This document shows positions 35,924 to 45,773 of a stretch of DNA of 64,000 nucleotides, one piece after another. Position 1 is the stretch's first letter, and every line of letters starts with the position of its first letter. The translations under genes and the position numbers were made by a program. Under the pieces are notes generated by a model. The model did no database searches and was not told the DNA's origin. It saw only the letters and a program-made list of their open reading frames with translations. The stretch is from an uncultured Gammaproteobacteria bacterium (GTDB lineage: Bacteria > Patescibacteriota > Patescibacteriia > UBA1558 > GWA2-36-10), in the NCBI GenBank assembly GCA_964638415.1, contig CAZWYP010000003.1:86334-150333 (forward strand), read 5' to 3'.

Positions 35924-37497
35924 ATCAAAGGACTGCCGGTCATTTCCGGCGGTTTTTTTATTCCCATAATTTTTAAAATTGTTGGCGCTACATCAGCTAA
36001 TACCCCTACTGGCGTCACTGTGCTTAAATCCCGGCCGGCCGTGCCTACCAAAACGCTCTTGCCAATAAACTCCTGCCCCACTATAAACAGCGGTACGGGA
36101 CTATTGGAATGTTCTTTGTTAATTTCACCAGTTTGCAAATTATACATATTCTCGGCATTGCCATGATCAGCGGTAATCAGCACTACGCCGTCATAAGATA
36201 AGATCGTATCCACAATCTCCCCTACTTTTCTATCTAATATTTCAATAGCTTCAATAGTAGCCTGCAGATTGCCGGTATGGCCAACCATATCCGCATTGGC
36301 AAAATTAATCACGATAAAATCATAAACTGACTCTTTAACCTTCTCAATTACTTTGGCTGTGAGCTCCCGAGCGGACATGGCCGGCTTTTTATCGTAGGAA
36401 TTAACCCGCGGGGAAGGAATCAACAAACGCTCCTCTCCAGTAAAAATCTGCTCCTTGCCGCCATTAAAAAAGTAAGTGACATGGGCATATTTTTCTGTTT
36501 CCGCAATATGCAGCTGTTTTAGTCCGGCTTCAGATAAAACTCTAGCTAAGGGCATGGCAATTTCTTTCTGGCCAAAAGCTACTTCTACCGGCAATTCTTT
36601 TTCATACTCCGTCATCGTCGCCATCATCATATTCTTAAAATACGGCCGGCTGAATTTTTCAAAACCAGGCAGAACCAAGGCTTTGGTCAATTGCCTTGCT
36701 CTGTCAGCCCGAAAGTTAAAAAAGATCACACCATCACCGTCCTGAATGCAACCAATCGGTTTTTTCTGCTCATCGACCATTACTACCGGCACTAACTCTT
36801 CATCGTAAACCTGCTGGCTATATGAGTCTTCAATAGCCGCCAAGCTATCAGTAAACTGCTTATCTGACTTGCCGTCCACCATGGCCCGAAAAGCCTTCTC
36901 TGTACGCTCCCAATGATTGTCTCTGTCCATGGCATAAAAACGACCGGATAAACTGGCCAACTGACCCACGCCAATATCTTTAATATGATCCTTGAGCTTG
37001 CTAATAAAATTCAAACCGCTGTTATATGGAGTATCTCGGCCATCTAAAAAAGCATGGATAAATACTTGCTTGATTTCCTGCTTGGCAGCTAATTCTATTA
37101 GGGCATATAAATGCTCATTATAGCTATGCACGCCCCCGGAAGATACCAAGCCAATTAAATGCAAAGCAGAATTCTTATTCTTTACATGCTCAATTACCTT
37201 TAAAAAAGCCGGCATGGTAAAAAAGTCTCCATCAGCAATGGCTTTGGTAATCCGCGGCAGATTCTGGTAATAAATTAAGCCGGAGCCTAAAGCTAAGTGG
37301 CCCACCTCTGAATTACCGCTTTCTCCCCAAGACAGACCAACTGCCTCTCCGGAAGCCGCTAAAGGCATTACCGGGTAATGAGCCATGTATTTGTCAAAAT
37401 TGGGGGTTTTAGCTAAAGAAATGGCATTAGCCCGCGAAGGCGGCGCAATGCCGAATCCATCCAAAACTATTAATACTACTGGCTTAGGTCTTTTCAT
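35920..37497 (-). CDS. gpmI: 2,3-bisphosphoglycerate-independent phosphoglycerate mutase (copy 1)
   Basis: The 525-aa product has the catalytic-Ser motif GNSEVGH, metal-binding DGRD and HGN motifs, and phosphatase and transferase domains. Confidence 0.85.
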   Translation of the reverse strand: MKRPKPVVLIVLDGFGIAPPSRANAISLAKTPNFDKYMAHYPVMPLAASGEAVGLSWGESGNSEVGHLALGSGLIYYQNLPRITKAIADGDFFTMPAFLKVIEHVKNKNSALHLIGLVSSGGVHSYNEHLYALIELAAKQEIKQVFIHAFLDGRDTPYNSGLNFISKLKDHIKDIGVGQLASLSGRFYAMDRDNHWERTEKAFRAMVDGKSDKQFTDSLAAIEDSYSQQVYDEELVPVVMVDEQKKPIGCIQDGDGVIFFNFRADRARQLTKALVLPGFEKFSRPYFKNMMMATMTEYEKELPVEVAFGQKEIAMPLARVLSEAGLKQLHIAETEKYAHVTYFFNGGKEQIFTGEERLLIPSPRVNSYDKKPAMSARELTAKVIEKVKESVYDFIVINFANADMVGHTGNLQATIEAIEILDRKVGEIVDTILSYDGVVLITADHGNAENMYNLQTGEINKEHSNSPVPLFIVGQEFIGKSVLVGTAGRDLSTVTPVGVLADVAPTILKIMGIKKPPEMTGSPLI

Positions 37498-37498
37498 T

Positions 37499-39079
37499 TT
37501 ACTTGATAATTAAAGATTTGGCGGTCATTAATTTTGGCTGCGGGACTTTCATCAAATCCAAAATAGTCGGCGCTACATTGGCTAATTTGCCGCCGGTTTT
37601 TAATTTATACTGGCGATGGTTGACGATAATAAAAGGCACCAGGTTCATGGAATGCTCGGTGTCCACTTCGCCGGTTTTTAAATTAATCATCTCTTCCACA
37701 TTGCCGTGATCGGCAATGACTACCACTGTACCTTTTTTGGCTAAAACCGTCTTAATTATTTTTCCTAATTCCTGATCAACTATTTCCACTGCTTTAACGC
37801 CAGCTTCCAAATTGCCGGTATGCCCCACCATGTCCGGTGCGGCAAAATTCAGGCAGATAAAATCATAGCGATTAGCTTTTAATTCTTTAATCACCCGCTG
37901 ACTGATTTCCCTGGTGGACATTTCCGGCTTTTTGTCATAAGAAGGAACATTCTTGGAGGGAATGTGAACGCGGCTTTCTCCGACTATTGGATGATCATAA
38001 CCGCCATTGATAAAATAAGTGACGTGAGCATATTTTTCCGTCTCGGAAATATACAGCTGGCGCTTATTACCCAGAGCTGACACGATGCTGTCAGGAATAA
38101 TAATGCCGGGAAAAGCAGTAATAACATTCTTCAAATCCGGCCCAAAATCCGTCAAAGCCACAAATAATATATTCTTGGGTACGCGGCGGCGCTTGAAAGA
38201 GCCGGGATTTTTCTTTTCAAAATCCTCCTGGCCTAAAGTCTTGGTTAATTGGCGCGCCCGGTCTGACCGCAAATTGAAGAAAACAACACTGTCATTGTCA
38301 TTGATTGTCCCTACCGGCTTATTGCGCGAATAAACCACGGAAGGAATGATAAACTCATCTCCTTTTTGATCCCGGTTATATGCCTGGTTAACCGCATCAA
38401 TAGCATTCTTTACCTGATACCCTTCGCCTAAGATAATGGCATTGTAAGCGGCTTCTGTGCGCTCCCAGGCCTTTTTCCTGTCCATCGCGTAAAATCTGCC
38501 CATTATGGTAGCTACCTGCACCCGCTCTGTATTGAAAATATTCTTATACTTATCCAAAACTTTGAGAGCAGAGAATTTAGGACTATCTCGCCCATCAGTA
38601 AATAAATGCAGATAAATTTTCTGCTTGGTTTTGCTTAAGAAAAAACTAATTAAAGTCAATAAATGGTCATTGTCTGCATGCGGACTAAAGCCGTCGGACA
38701 ATAAGCCCAATAAATGAATATTGCTTTTATGCTTATTGGCATGCTGCACTGCTTGGACAAAAGCCGGATTCTTGAAAAAGGTACCGTTGGTAATGCTTTT
38801 GGAAATAACCACTGCATCCTGCTCTACTACTCTGCCCGCCCCGATATTCATATGCCCAGCTTCAGAATTGCCAGTATGCCCGGCTTCCAAACCAACTGCC
38901 CGGCCGCAAGCATCAAGCGTAGTGTTGCTGTACTTCTTATACAATGAATCCATCACTGGGGTTTTACCCAAAGCCACAGCATTGCCTTTAGTTTCCTTAG
39001 TCAGTCCCCAACCGTCTAAAATTACCAGCACTACCGGCGATTTACCATTAGTTTTTCCTTTATTGAGATTAAAAAACAT
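37499..39079 (-). CDS. gpmI: 2,3-bisphosphoglycerate-independent phosphoglycerate mutase paralog (copy 2)
   Basis: The 526-aa product retains GNSEAGH, DGRDS and ADHGN motifs. It is collinear with copy 1 at roughly 40-45% identity by eye, and the gene is directly adjacent. Confidence 0.8.
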   Translation of the reverse strand: MFFNLNKGKTNGKSPVVLVILDGWGLTKETKGNAVALGKTPVMDSLYKKYSNTTLDACGRAVGLEAGHTGNSEAGHMNIGAGRVVEQDAVVISKSITNGTFFKNPAFVQAVQHANKHKSNIHLLGLLSDGFSPHADNDHLLTLISFFLSKTKQKIYLHLFTDGRDSPKFSALKVLDKYKNIFNTERVQVATIMGRFYAMDRKKAWERTEAAYNAIILGEGYQVKNAIDAVNQAYNRDQKGDEFIIPSVVYSRNKPVGTINDNDSVVFFNLRSDRARQLTKTLGQEDFEKKNPGSFKRRRVPKNILFVALTDFGPDLKNVITAFPGIIIPDSIVSALGNKRQLYISETEKYAHVTYFINGGYDHPIVGESRVHIPSKNVPSYDKKPEMSTREISQRVIKELKANRYDFICLNFAAPDMVGHTGNLEAGVKAVEIVDQELGKIIKTVLAKKGTVVVIADHGNVEEMINLKTGEVDTEHSMNLVPFIIVNHRQYKLKTGGKLANVAPTILDLMKVPQPKLMTAKSLIIK

Positions 39080-39080
39080 A

Positions 39081-40352
39081 TTATTTCACTTCCTTTTCAA
39101 TACTTAACAATCTATTGTATTTGGCAATTCTTTCTCCTCTTGATGGCGCTCCCGCTTTAATATACTGAGCCTTTACCGCCACTGCCAAATCAGCAATAGT
39201 AGTGTCGTTAGTTTCGCCGGAACGATGGGAAATAACCACTTCGTAATTATGATCCTGGGCCAGCCTAATTGCCTGTAGAGTTTCCGTCAAAGTGCCAATC
39301 TGATTGGGTTTAATCAAAATAGTATTAGCTACTTTAAGTTCTATGCCTTTCTGCAAACGCTGGGTATTGGTAACAAATAAGTCATCGCCGATTAGCCGGA
39401 CTCTCTGCTCGCGGATAAATTCATTCTTACTGAAGCGCTTCCAAGCTTCCCAATCCTCTTCTCCCAGCGGATCTTCCAGATAGCGCAACGGGAAATTTTC
39501 CATCAGGCCGATATACCAGTCAATTAATTCATCGGCAGTAAATTCTTTTTTCTCTAAGGCTAAATTGTATCTGTCTCTGGCGGTATTGTAAAAAACCGAA
39601 GCGCCGGCATCCAAGCCCAGCATAATATCCTCCCCAGGTTCAAATTTAGCCTGCTCAATAGCGCTTAAGAGAAAATCAAAAACCTCGCGGTGTGACTGCA
39701 TATCCGGCGAATAGCCGCCCTCATTACCTAAGTCAATATCATGGCCGGTGGCTTGCAATAATTGGCCCAAGTGATAAAAAACCTCGCTGACCTGACGCAG
39801 TTTTTCCGCAAAACTTTTATCTCCAACTGGTACCAGCCAAAATTCCTGCAAATTAAGATTGGTATCACCATGCTTACCGCCATTAACTACATTAACCAAA
39901 GGCGTAGGCAGTAAAAATTCTTTATCCTTAGGTAAATACCTTTGCCGTAAATAACGGTAAAGCGGCAAACCGACTGATTTAGCGGCAGTATAAGCGCAAG
40001 CCAAGGAGACACCTAAAATAGCATTAGCTCCCAGTTTGCTTTTATTCTTAGTGCCGTCTAATTCTTTCATCAGTAGATCTATTTTCTCCTGTTCAGTCAC
40101 CCGCAAACCAGCTAATTCCCTATGAATAATCCGATTGACATTGTCTACTGCCTTTAATACCCCCTTGCCATGGTAGCGCTCCGGATCTTCATCCCGCAAT
40201 TCATGAGCTTCAAACCGTCCAGTGGAAGCACCAGATGGCACTTTCGCTGAGCTTTTCAAGCCATTGTTAAGTTCTACTGTCACTTCTAAAGTGGGCTCTC
40301 CCCGCGAGTCCAAAATCTCTGTTGCTTCTATTTTTTTTATTTTATCCGGCAC
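39081..40352 (-). CDS. eno: Enolase
   Basis: The 423-aa product has enolase signatures (ILIKPNQIGTLTET, SHRSGETNDTTIADLAVA). Confidence 0.9.
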   Translation of the reverse strand: MPDKIKKIEATEILDSRGEPTLEVTVELNNGLKSSAKVPSGASTGRFEAHELRDEDPERYHGKGVLKAVDNVNRIIHRELAGLRVTEQEKIDLLMKELDGTKNKSKLGANAILGVSLACAYTAAKSVGLPLYRYLRQRYLPKDKEFLLPTPLVNVVNGGKHGDTNLNLQEFWLVPVGDKSFAEKLRQVSEVFYHLGQLLQATGHDIDLGNEGGYSPDMQSHREVFDFLLSAIEQAKFEPGEDIMLGLDAGASVFYNTARDRYNLALEKKEFTADELIDWYIGLMENFPLRYLEDPLGEEDWEAWKRFSKNEFIREQRVRLIGDDLFVTNTQRLQKGIELKVANTILIKPNQIGTLTETLQAIRLAQDHNYEVVISHRSGETNDTTIADLAVAVKAQYIKAGAPSRGERIAKYNRLLSIEKEVK

Positions 40353-40353
40353 T

Positions 40354-41514
40354 TTATTTTATGGTTAATTTGGCTAAAACTGGCAGCTTATTATTCTCCA
40401 AAAAAGCCAGCATGGCTCCCCCACCGGTAGAGGCAAAATAGAATTTATTAATTAACCCCGCTTGGCTTAACATGGTGACGGTTTCGCCGCCGCCGATAAT
40501 TACTTTAGCCGGCAGCTTAATTAAAGCTCTGGCTAAAGCCAAAGAGGATGTTCTAAACAAAGGGTTTTCAAAATATCCCAGCGGGCCATTCCAGACAATT
40601 AACTTGGCTTTTTTTAGGGATTCAGCAAAATAGCTAATAGTTTTCGGGCCAAGGTCTAAAGCTATTTGCTCTTTTGGCACTTTATCTATTGGCACCATGA
40701 GGCTTTTAGTCGCCTTGGTGCTTAAAGCTACTGCCAAATCTACTGGTAAAATTACTTTTTTAGACAACAACTTTTTACTACTGGTTAAAAGCTCCTTATC
40801 TACCAAGGATTTTCCCAGCTCATAACCTTGAGCAGCCAATAAGGTATTAGCCAGACCGCCGCCTAACAGCACCTTGTCTGCGACTTTGGTGAACTTTTTA
40901 ATTAGCTTAATCTTGCTGCTAATTTTAGCGCCGCCTAAAATAACCGCTAAGCCTTGTTTAGCGGTAAATATTTTTGACAATTTCTCCACTTCTTCTGCCA
41001 CCAATAATCCAGCATAGCTGGGTAAGAATTCTGTCACTCCCAGCATGGAAGCAGCTGGACGATGGATATTGCCAAAAGCATCATTAACATAAAGGTCAGC
41101 TAATTTGCTTAAATCTTTGGCAAACTTCTTACTGTTATTATCCTCTCCTTTGTGGAAACGGATATTTTCCAGCATTACCACTTGTCCCGGCAATAGCGCT
41201 TGGCTTAATTTTGCGCAAGCAGCTATTGGTTTAGTCCACAGCTCTATTCTCCGTCCGCATAGTCTAGCCAGATAATTGGCAATGGGGCGCAGAGTCAGAT
41301 TCTTAACCACTCGTCCGTCTGGCCGCCCTAGATGAGCGGCGATAATAACTACTGCCTGCTTCTGTAATAGATAATTAATAGTGGGCAAAGCCTTAACCAA
41401 GCGCCAAGTGCTTTCCTTATCTAATTTCCTGCCAACTGCCACATTAAGATCCAGCCGGAGCAATACTCGCTGTCCCTTTAACTTTTTAATTTGTTTAACC
41501 GTTCTCAGCTTCAC
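40354..41514 (-). CDS. pgk: Phosphoglycerate kinase
   Basis: The 386-aa product has PGK motifs (LRLDLNV, GGGAMLAFLE). Confidence 0.9.
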   Translation of the reverse strand: MKLRTVKQIKKLKGQRVLLRLDLNVAVGRKLDKESTWRLVKALPTINYLLQKQAVVIIAAHLGRPDGRVVKNLTLRPIANYLARLCGRRIELWTKPIAACAKLSQALLPGQVVMLENIRFHKGEDNNSKKFAKDLSKLADLYVNDAFGNIHRPAASMLGVTEFLPSYAGLLVAEEVEKLSKIFTAKQGLAVILGGAKISSKIKLIKKFTKVADKVLLGGGLANTLLAAQGYELGKSLVDKELLTSSKKLLSKKVILPVDLAVALSTKATKSLMVPIDKVPKEQIALDLGPKTISYFAESLKKAKLIVWNGPLGYFENPLFRTSSLALARALIKLPAKVIIGGGETVTMLSQAGLINKFYFASTGGGAMLAFLENNKLPVLAKLTIK

Positions 41515-41518
41515 TGTT

Positions 41519-41887
41519 TTATTTTCTTAAAGTAAAAATGGATTTGACATTTTCTTCTTCAGCTAAAGCACATAGGTTTGCTACCGGTATAGTTCCCCAC
41601 ATATAGTCAAAAGTGAGGGTCTGCTGGTCCAAATACACTCCAAGGTCTTTGAGCTTTTGCTGCTGTTCAGCGGTTAAAGGCAGCTGGCGGAAGCTGACAA
41701 AGGCTTTGATTAAATTACTCTGACTGCTTAAAGCTAATACGCTGTCGCTGATTTTCTCGTTCTGGCAGGATAATTGCGAACCCAGATCATCTTTAGGCTT
41801 GCCGGCGCTTTCGCCAAAAAAGAAAAATAAGCTGATAACCAGTAGGAGAATAAGCACAAACAGCCAGATAATATTATATGTTTTCAT
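41519..41887 (-). CDS. Small secreted/membrane-anchored hypothetical protein
   Basis: The 122-aa product has an N-terminal hydrophobic segment. Confidence 0.45.
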   Translation of the reverse strand: MKTYNIIWLFVLILLLVISLFFFFGESAGKPKDDLGSQLSCQNEKISDSVLALSSQSNLIKAFVSFRQLPLTAEQQQKLKDLGVYLDQQTLTFDYMWGTIPVANLCALAEEENVKSIFTLRK

Positions 41888-41986
41888 GGGTGAATTTAAA
41901 AATAATTGCGGTTATATTATATCATTTTTATTATATTTTTCCAAATAAAAAATACCTGGATTTTGGCAGTTTTTTTACAAAAAAAT

Positions 41987-43459
41987 CTAATTATCCACAA
42001 AGAATAATTGAGAGCGACCATTAATGGTTTCCGACTGCAATTTGTTCTGATCACCAATGCTTAAATAAGCTTCCGACACGCCGCGTAATAAGTATATTCT
42101 CTGACCAGGATTTTGGGATAATATTTCCTGTAATCCTTCTGCAGAATTAATGCTTAAAAGCTTAGCTCTATTAGCCAGCTGCGGTCCGGCTAACATTAGC
42201 TTGGGCATACTCCAGTCATTCTGCCAGTGAATAACTAATTGGCCATCGGAGATTACACTGGCTAAATCCTGGTAAGCTACTAGATCACCGTCAATTAAAT
42301 GATGCTGGGAAACCTGGCTGGCGGTAGCTAAATATCCCTGCACTAACAAATACTGGGAATTAACATAGGTATAATAGTTTGTAAGCGGACGAGTTAAGCC
42401 TATTATGGTTAATATGCCACTTACTGCCAAAGCAAGTATGAAATAATAACGGGCAAATTTATTGCCGAATAAGCTGGCAGCAGCCATGATGATAATTACC
42501 GGAATAAAGATTAAGCCGTAGCGCTCAATGTCAAAAATGCCATGGCGGTACCAGCCGGCTAAATACAGCCAGAATAAGATCATTATGGATAGTAGAAAAT
42601 AGAACATCTGGCGGTCTTTTTTAAAGAGCTGCTGGGCGCCTAAAATAGCCGCTACTGTCAAAAAGCTGCCGCTGGATTTTAATAAGATAAGAGCGGTTAA
42701 TAATATTTCCTGGATATTAGGCCAGACCGAACCATAGCCAGATAATAAGACACTTAAGGAAAAATTATTAATAAGCCAGTAAGTAAAGATTACTGCTAAA
42801 GCGGTTAATAGCCAGCTGAAGATTATTAATTGTGATTCTGACCGATTGAATCGGCGGAATAGAAATAAACCTAATAGGAAAACCGGCCAAAGTAAGAGAT
42901 AGATCGGCCGGTTTAACAAAGCTAGATACAAGGCTAAATTGCTTAGCCATAAGACATTATTATTTTTTGCCTTGATATACTGCCAGAATAAAGCCCAGGA
43001 GCTTAAGGCTAAAAACAAGGTCATGATATCGCTTAAAGCAGTCACGCTCCAATTCCAGATCACTGGATTGAATACTATGATAACAGTAGCTAACAAAGCC
43101 CAGCTAAAGCGACGCAAAACAAACTTAGCTAAATAATAGACAGGATAAACTAATAAAGAGCTAAAAATGTCAGATAGCAAATTAGGAATAAAAATAATCT
43201 GCCACTGACCAGTAAGCCAATGGCCTACTTTTAAGGATAAGGCTACTATTGCTGTCCATAAAGGATAGCCGGTACTGTGAGCATTCTGATAACTGCCGTT
43301 AATAGCCAGCTCCAAAGCTTTGTGGACAAAATTAAAAGCATCATCATGCCACAGGCTAGTAGCAAGCAGCCACCAGCGCGAAATTAAGACAATAACCGCT
43401 AGTATAAATAAAGCAACAGCTTCCGGACGATGAATAAAATAAGCTATAATGCGTTTCAT
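41987..43459 (-). CDS. Polytopic membrane protein, probable GT-C-fold glycosyltransferase (ArnT/PMT-like)
   Basis: The 490-aa product has more than 10 TM helices and a DD motif in the first extracytoplasmic loop (LWHDDAFNF). Aromatic-rich TM segments are typical of GT39/GT83. Confidence 0.45.
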   Translation of the reverse strand: MKRIIAYFIHRPEAVALFILAVIVLISRWWLLATSLWHDDAFNFVHKALELAINGSYQNAHSTGYPLWTAIVALSLKVGHWLTGQWQIIFIPNLLSDIFSSLLVYPVYYLAKFVLRRFSWALLATVIIVFNPVIWNWSVTALSDIMTLFLALSSWALFWQYIKAKNNNVLWLSNLALYLALLNRPIYLLLWPVFLLGLFLFRRFNRSESQLIIFSWLLTALAVIFTYWLINNFSLSVLLSGYGSVWPNIQEILLTALILLKSSGSFLTVAAILGAQQLFKKDRQMFYFLLSIMILFWLYLAGWYRHGIFDIERYGLIFIPVIIIMAAASLFGNKFARYYFILALAVSGILTIIGLTRPLTNYYTYVNSQYLLVQGYLATASQVSQHHLIDGDLVAYQDLASVISDGQLVIHWQNDWSMPKLMLAGPQLANRAKLLSINSAEGLQEILSQNPGQRIYLLRGVSEAYLSIGDQNKLQSETINGRSQLFFVDN

Positions 43460-43561
43460 AGCTATTTTATTCTAACAATTTATTAATAAAAAAACCACCC
43501 TGGGTGATGAGGGTGGTTTAATCTTAAATTATATTTATAATACATTAACTATATAAAGTTT

Positions 43562-43650
43562 AGAATAATAAGTTAGAAGCCCGATTTCATTTTCACCGTC
43601 ATACTCCTTACCGGTAAAAATTGCTGGCAGAAAAAATGCTCCAGAAATGC
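43562..43650 (-). pseudogene. Vestigial RHS core-tail remnant directly after the immunity gene stop
   Basis: The segment translates to …AIFTGKEYDGENEIGLLTYYSKLYIVNVL*. Bases 43585-43630 are 36/40 identical to 44687-44726, the start of the RHS-CT ORF. Confidence 0.5.
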
Positions 43651-43910
43651 TATTGATCAATAATAGTTAAACTCATTAAATTCTTTGCCTCATGAATCTT
43701 TTTCTGGCATTCTTCATCTACTTTAATTTTATGATGTTGTACAATAGCTTCTAACTCGCTCAAAGCTAGCTCATACTCTCCTTGATCATATAAATACTCC
43801 TCACAGGTTTTTCTTTCTGATTCTTCAAAACTAGTCTTATATTTTTCGTAACAAAACCCTATTAACTCTTCTAGTTTTTTATAAAGATCTAATATTTTTT
43901 TATCTGTCAT
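43650..43910 (-). CDS. Putative immunity protein for the adjacent RHS C-terminal toxin
   Basis: The 86-aa acidic helical protein lies immediately downstream of the RHS-CT ORF in the same orientation, which is the canonical toxin/immunity arrangement. Confidence 0.5.
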   Translation of the reverse strand: MTDKKILDLYKKLEELIGFCYEKYKTSFEESERKTCEEYLYDQGEYELALSELEAIVQHHKIKVDEECQKKIHEAKNLMSLTIIDQ

Positions 43911-43926
43911 ATCATTAAATTTCAGA

Positions 43927-44745
43927 TTATTTAATTTTAGGAAACGCAGTTATAATATGAGATTTAGTCGGATCAATTATAACTTTCATATTAACGTTAT
44001 CCCGAATACCAGATACAAACCACCTACCATCACGTTGTCGGCTCCAATTTAAACTAGGATCGGTAGCTATATCAGTAGCATTATGAAATATTTGCTTGTC
44101 TGACCATGAGCTTGGGAATTCTGGTTTACCTTTATTTGCTCCGAATTTATGTCCACCACCTTTCATGTCCCCATTTAAAATATGATTCTGTCTATCTAGC
44201 GGTATTATATCATCTACATTATCAATATATTTACTGGCATCATTAACTGTATCCGCTTTCTTAATAACTTTCGCCACATCCACCACGTCATCAGCATGAC
44301 TGACAACTCTACCCATTAATCCTAATCCCGTTGCTCCAGGAATAGCTAATCCCACAGAATCAAGACTTAATGCTTTAACATATTCTTGATTAACCTGTCC
44401 AGTTTGAGCATAACTCTGGGCTATCTTGTATACATCATAAGCGATAAACCCTATGTCTAGAAAGGTGTCTAAGAAATTACCATCAGGATCAGTATATACT
44501 ACTGGGTTATTAGCCGAATAAGCATAGCTATTTAATAGCTGTGGGTTGGACAGAATGCTTTGTAATTCTTGGCTAGACAAATTCTTTAATTGTTCTTGGT
44601 CGTGTAAATTTAGACCAACGCTGTCCATTGAAATGAATCTCCCCAACCCATTATCCATATACCTCGCCCCATAATACTGCAACCCATTTTCATCGTCATA
44701 CTCCTTACCGGTAAAAATTGCTCGCCATGAATATAAATGCGACAA
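43927..44745 (-). CDS. Orphan RHS repeat-associated core tail fused to a polymorphic C-terminal toxin domain of unknown family
   Basis: The N-terminus is FTGKEYDDENGLQYYGARYMDNGLGRFISMDSVGL…NSYAYSANNPVVYTDPDGNF, the conserved RHS core-domain end including the DPxG junction. A ~190-aa variable CT follows. No upstream RHS repeat body is present in the window. Confidence 0.65.
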   Translation of the reverse strand: MSHLYSWRAIFTGKEYDDENGLQYYGARYMDNGLGRFISMDSVGLNLHDQEQLKNLSSQELQSILSNPQLLNSYAYSANNPVVYTDPDGNFLDTFLDIGFIAYDVYKIAQSYAQTGQVNQEYVKALSLDSVGLAIPGATGLGLMGRVVSHADDVVDVAKVIKKADTVNDASKYIDNVDDIIPLDRQNHILNGDMKGGGHKFGANKGKPEFPSSWSDKQIFHNATDIATDPSLNWSRQRDGRWFVSGIRDNVNMKVIIDPTKSHIITAFPKIK

Positions 44746-44866
44746 ATGCGACAGTAAAAAGGGCTTTCAAAAAATTGTCTATTTTCTGCTTCAAAGAACT
44801 TGACTAATTATGATTTTTATTACCTAATATATAATTCTAACTTTTTTAAAAATCACCACTGTTTAT

Positions 44867-45766
44867 TTACCAATACAAAATATTTTCATCATCTAGCCAA
44901 TAAACATTTTGATGTCTATTATCTGTTAAACTATTGTTTTGTTTAATAATTTGTCCATTACTGGTATTAGCTATAAACAATGTCCAATACTCATGTTTGG
45001 TATCATAATCCATTGATTCAATTTTAGCTTCAATAGCTAATCTTTTGTTGTTAGGCGAAAAAACCACTTTATTAAAATCAAGCAATTTTATTTCGCCATA
45101 ATGGGTAATAAAAAATCCATCGTTTATATTGGATAAATCCAATAACCTTAAACTCAAATTCTGATTATTGCAAGCATGATCAATTTCTAGGCTCGGCGGA
45201 TTTTTGACACATTCATTTTCTATAAACACCACCTTGGTTCCATCTGGTGATTTAGCTATTATTTTTCCCCTTATATCTAACTTTTTTACTGACTGTTTGG
45301 TAAAATCAACTAAATAGTTGGTAAAAGGCCCATTATATAATTTAGTGTCTCTCGGCTGAAACCAAACGCTGGCGATTAATTTATCGGCTGTTAAGGCGGT
45401 AAGCTCCGGATCCAGATAAAAAACCGGATCAACATAATCACTGAAAAAACCCAAACTATTAGCCGCCGAACCGTTTTTAATGATTTTAGTCAAGACAGCG
45501 GCCTGGCCATTGGTTACGTGTTCAAAAGTAAACATTCCGTCATTATTATCTATGGTTAAAACATTTGGGATTCTCTGTTCTAAGTTTAATGACCAGTCAG
45601 AAAGACGAGATAAACTTTCATCGGTTTCGGCAAATTTATCCTGCACATGACAATTGTAATACGGCGGTTGAGCTAAACAAGCATCACCTCTCTTAAACCA
45701 ATAAACTCCTCCTAAAATCATCAGGATTAAGATACTACTTAAAATAATAGAAATTTTATTAGCCAT
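44867..45766 (-). CDS. Secreted/membrane-anchored hypothetical protein, beta-propeller-like
   Basis: The ORF starts at MANKISIILSSILILMILGG, just after the upstream stop. A PDGTKVVF-type motif is reminiscent of TolB/S9 propeller blades. Confidence 0.45.
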   Translation of the reverse strand: MANKISIILSSILILMILGGVYWFKRGDACLAQPPYYNCHVQDKFAETDESLSRLSDWSLNLEQRIPNVLTIDNNDGMFTFEHVTNGQAAVLTKIIKNGSAANSLGFFSDYVDPVFYLDPELTALTADKLIASVWFQPRDTKLYNGPFTNYLVDFTKQSVKKLDIRGKIIAKSPDGTKVVFIENECVKNPPSLEIDHACNNQNLSLRLLDLSNINDGFFITHYGEIKLLDFNKVVFSPNNKRLAIEAKIESMDYDTKHEYWTLFIANTSNGQIIKQNNSLTDNRHQNVYWLDDENILYW

Positions 45767-45773
45767 ATAATTA

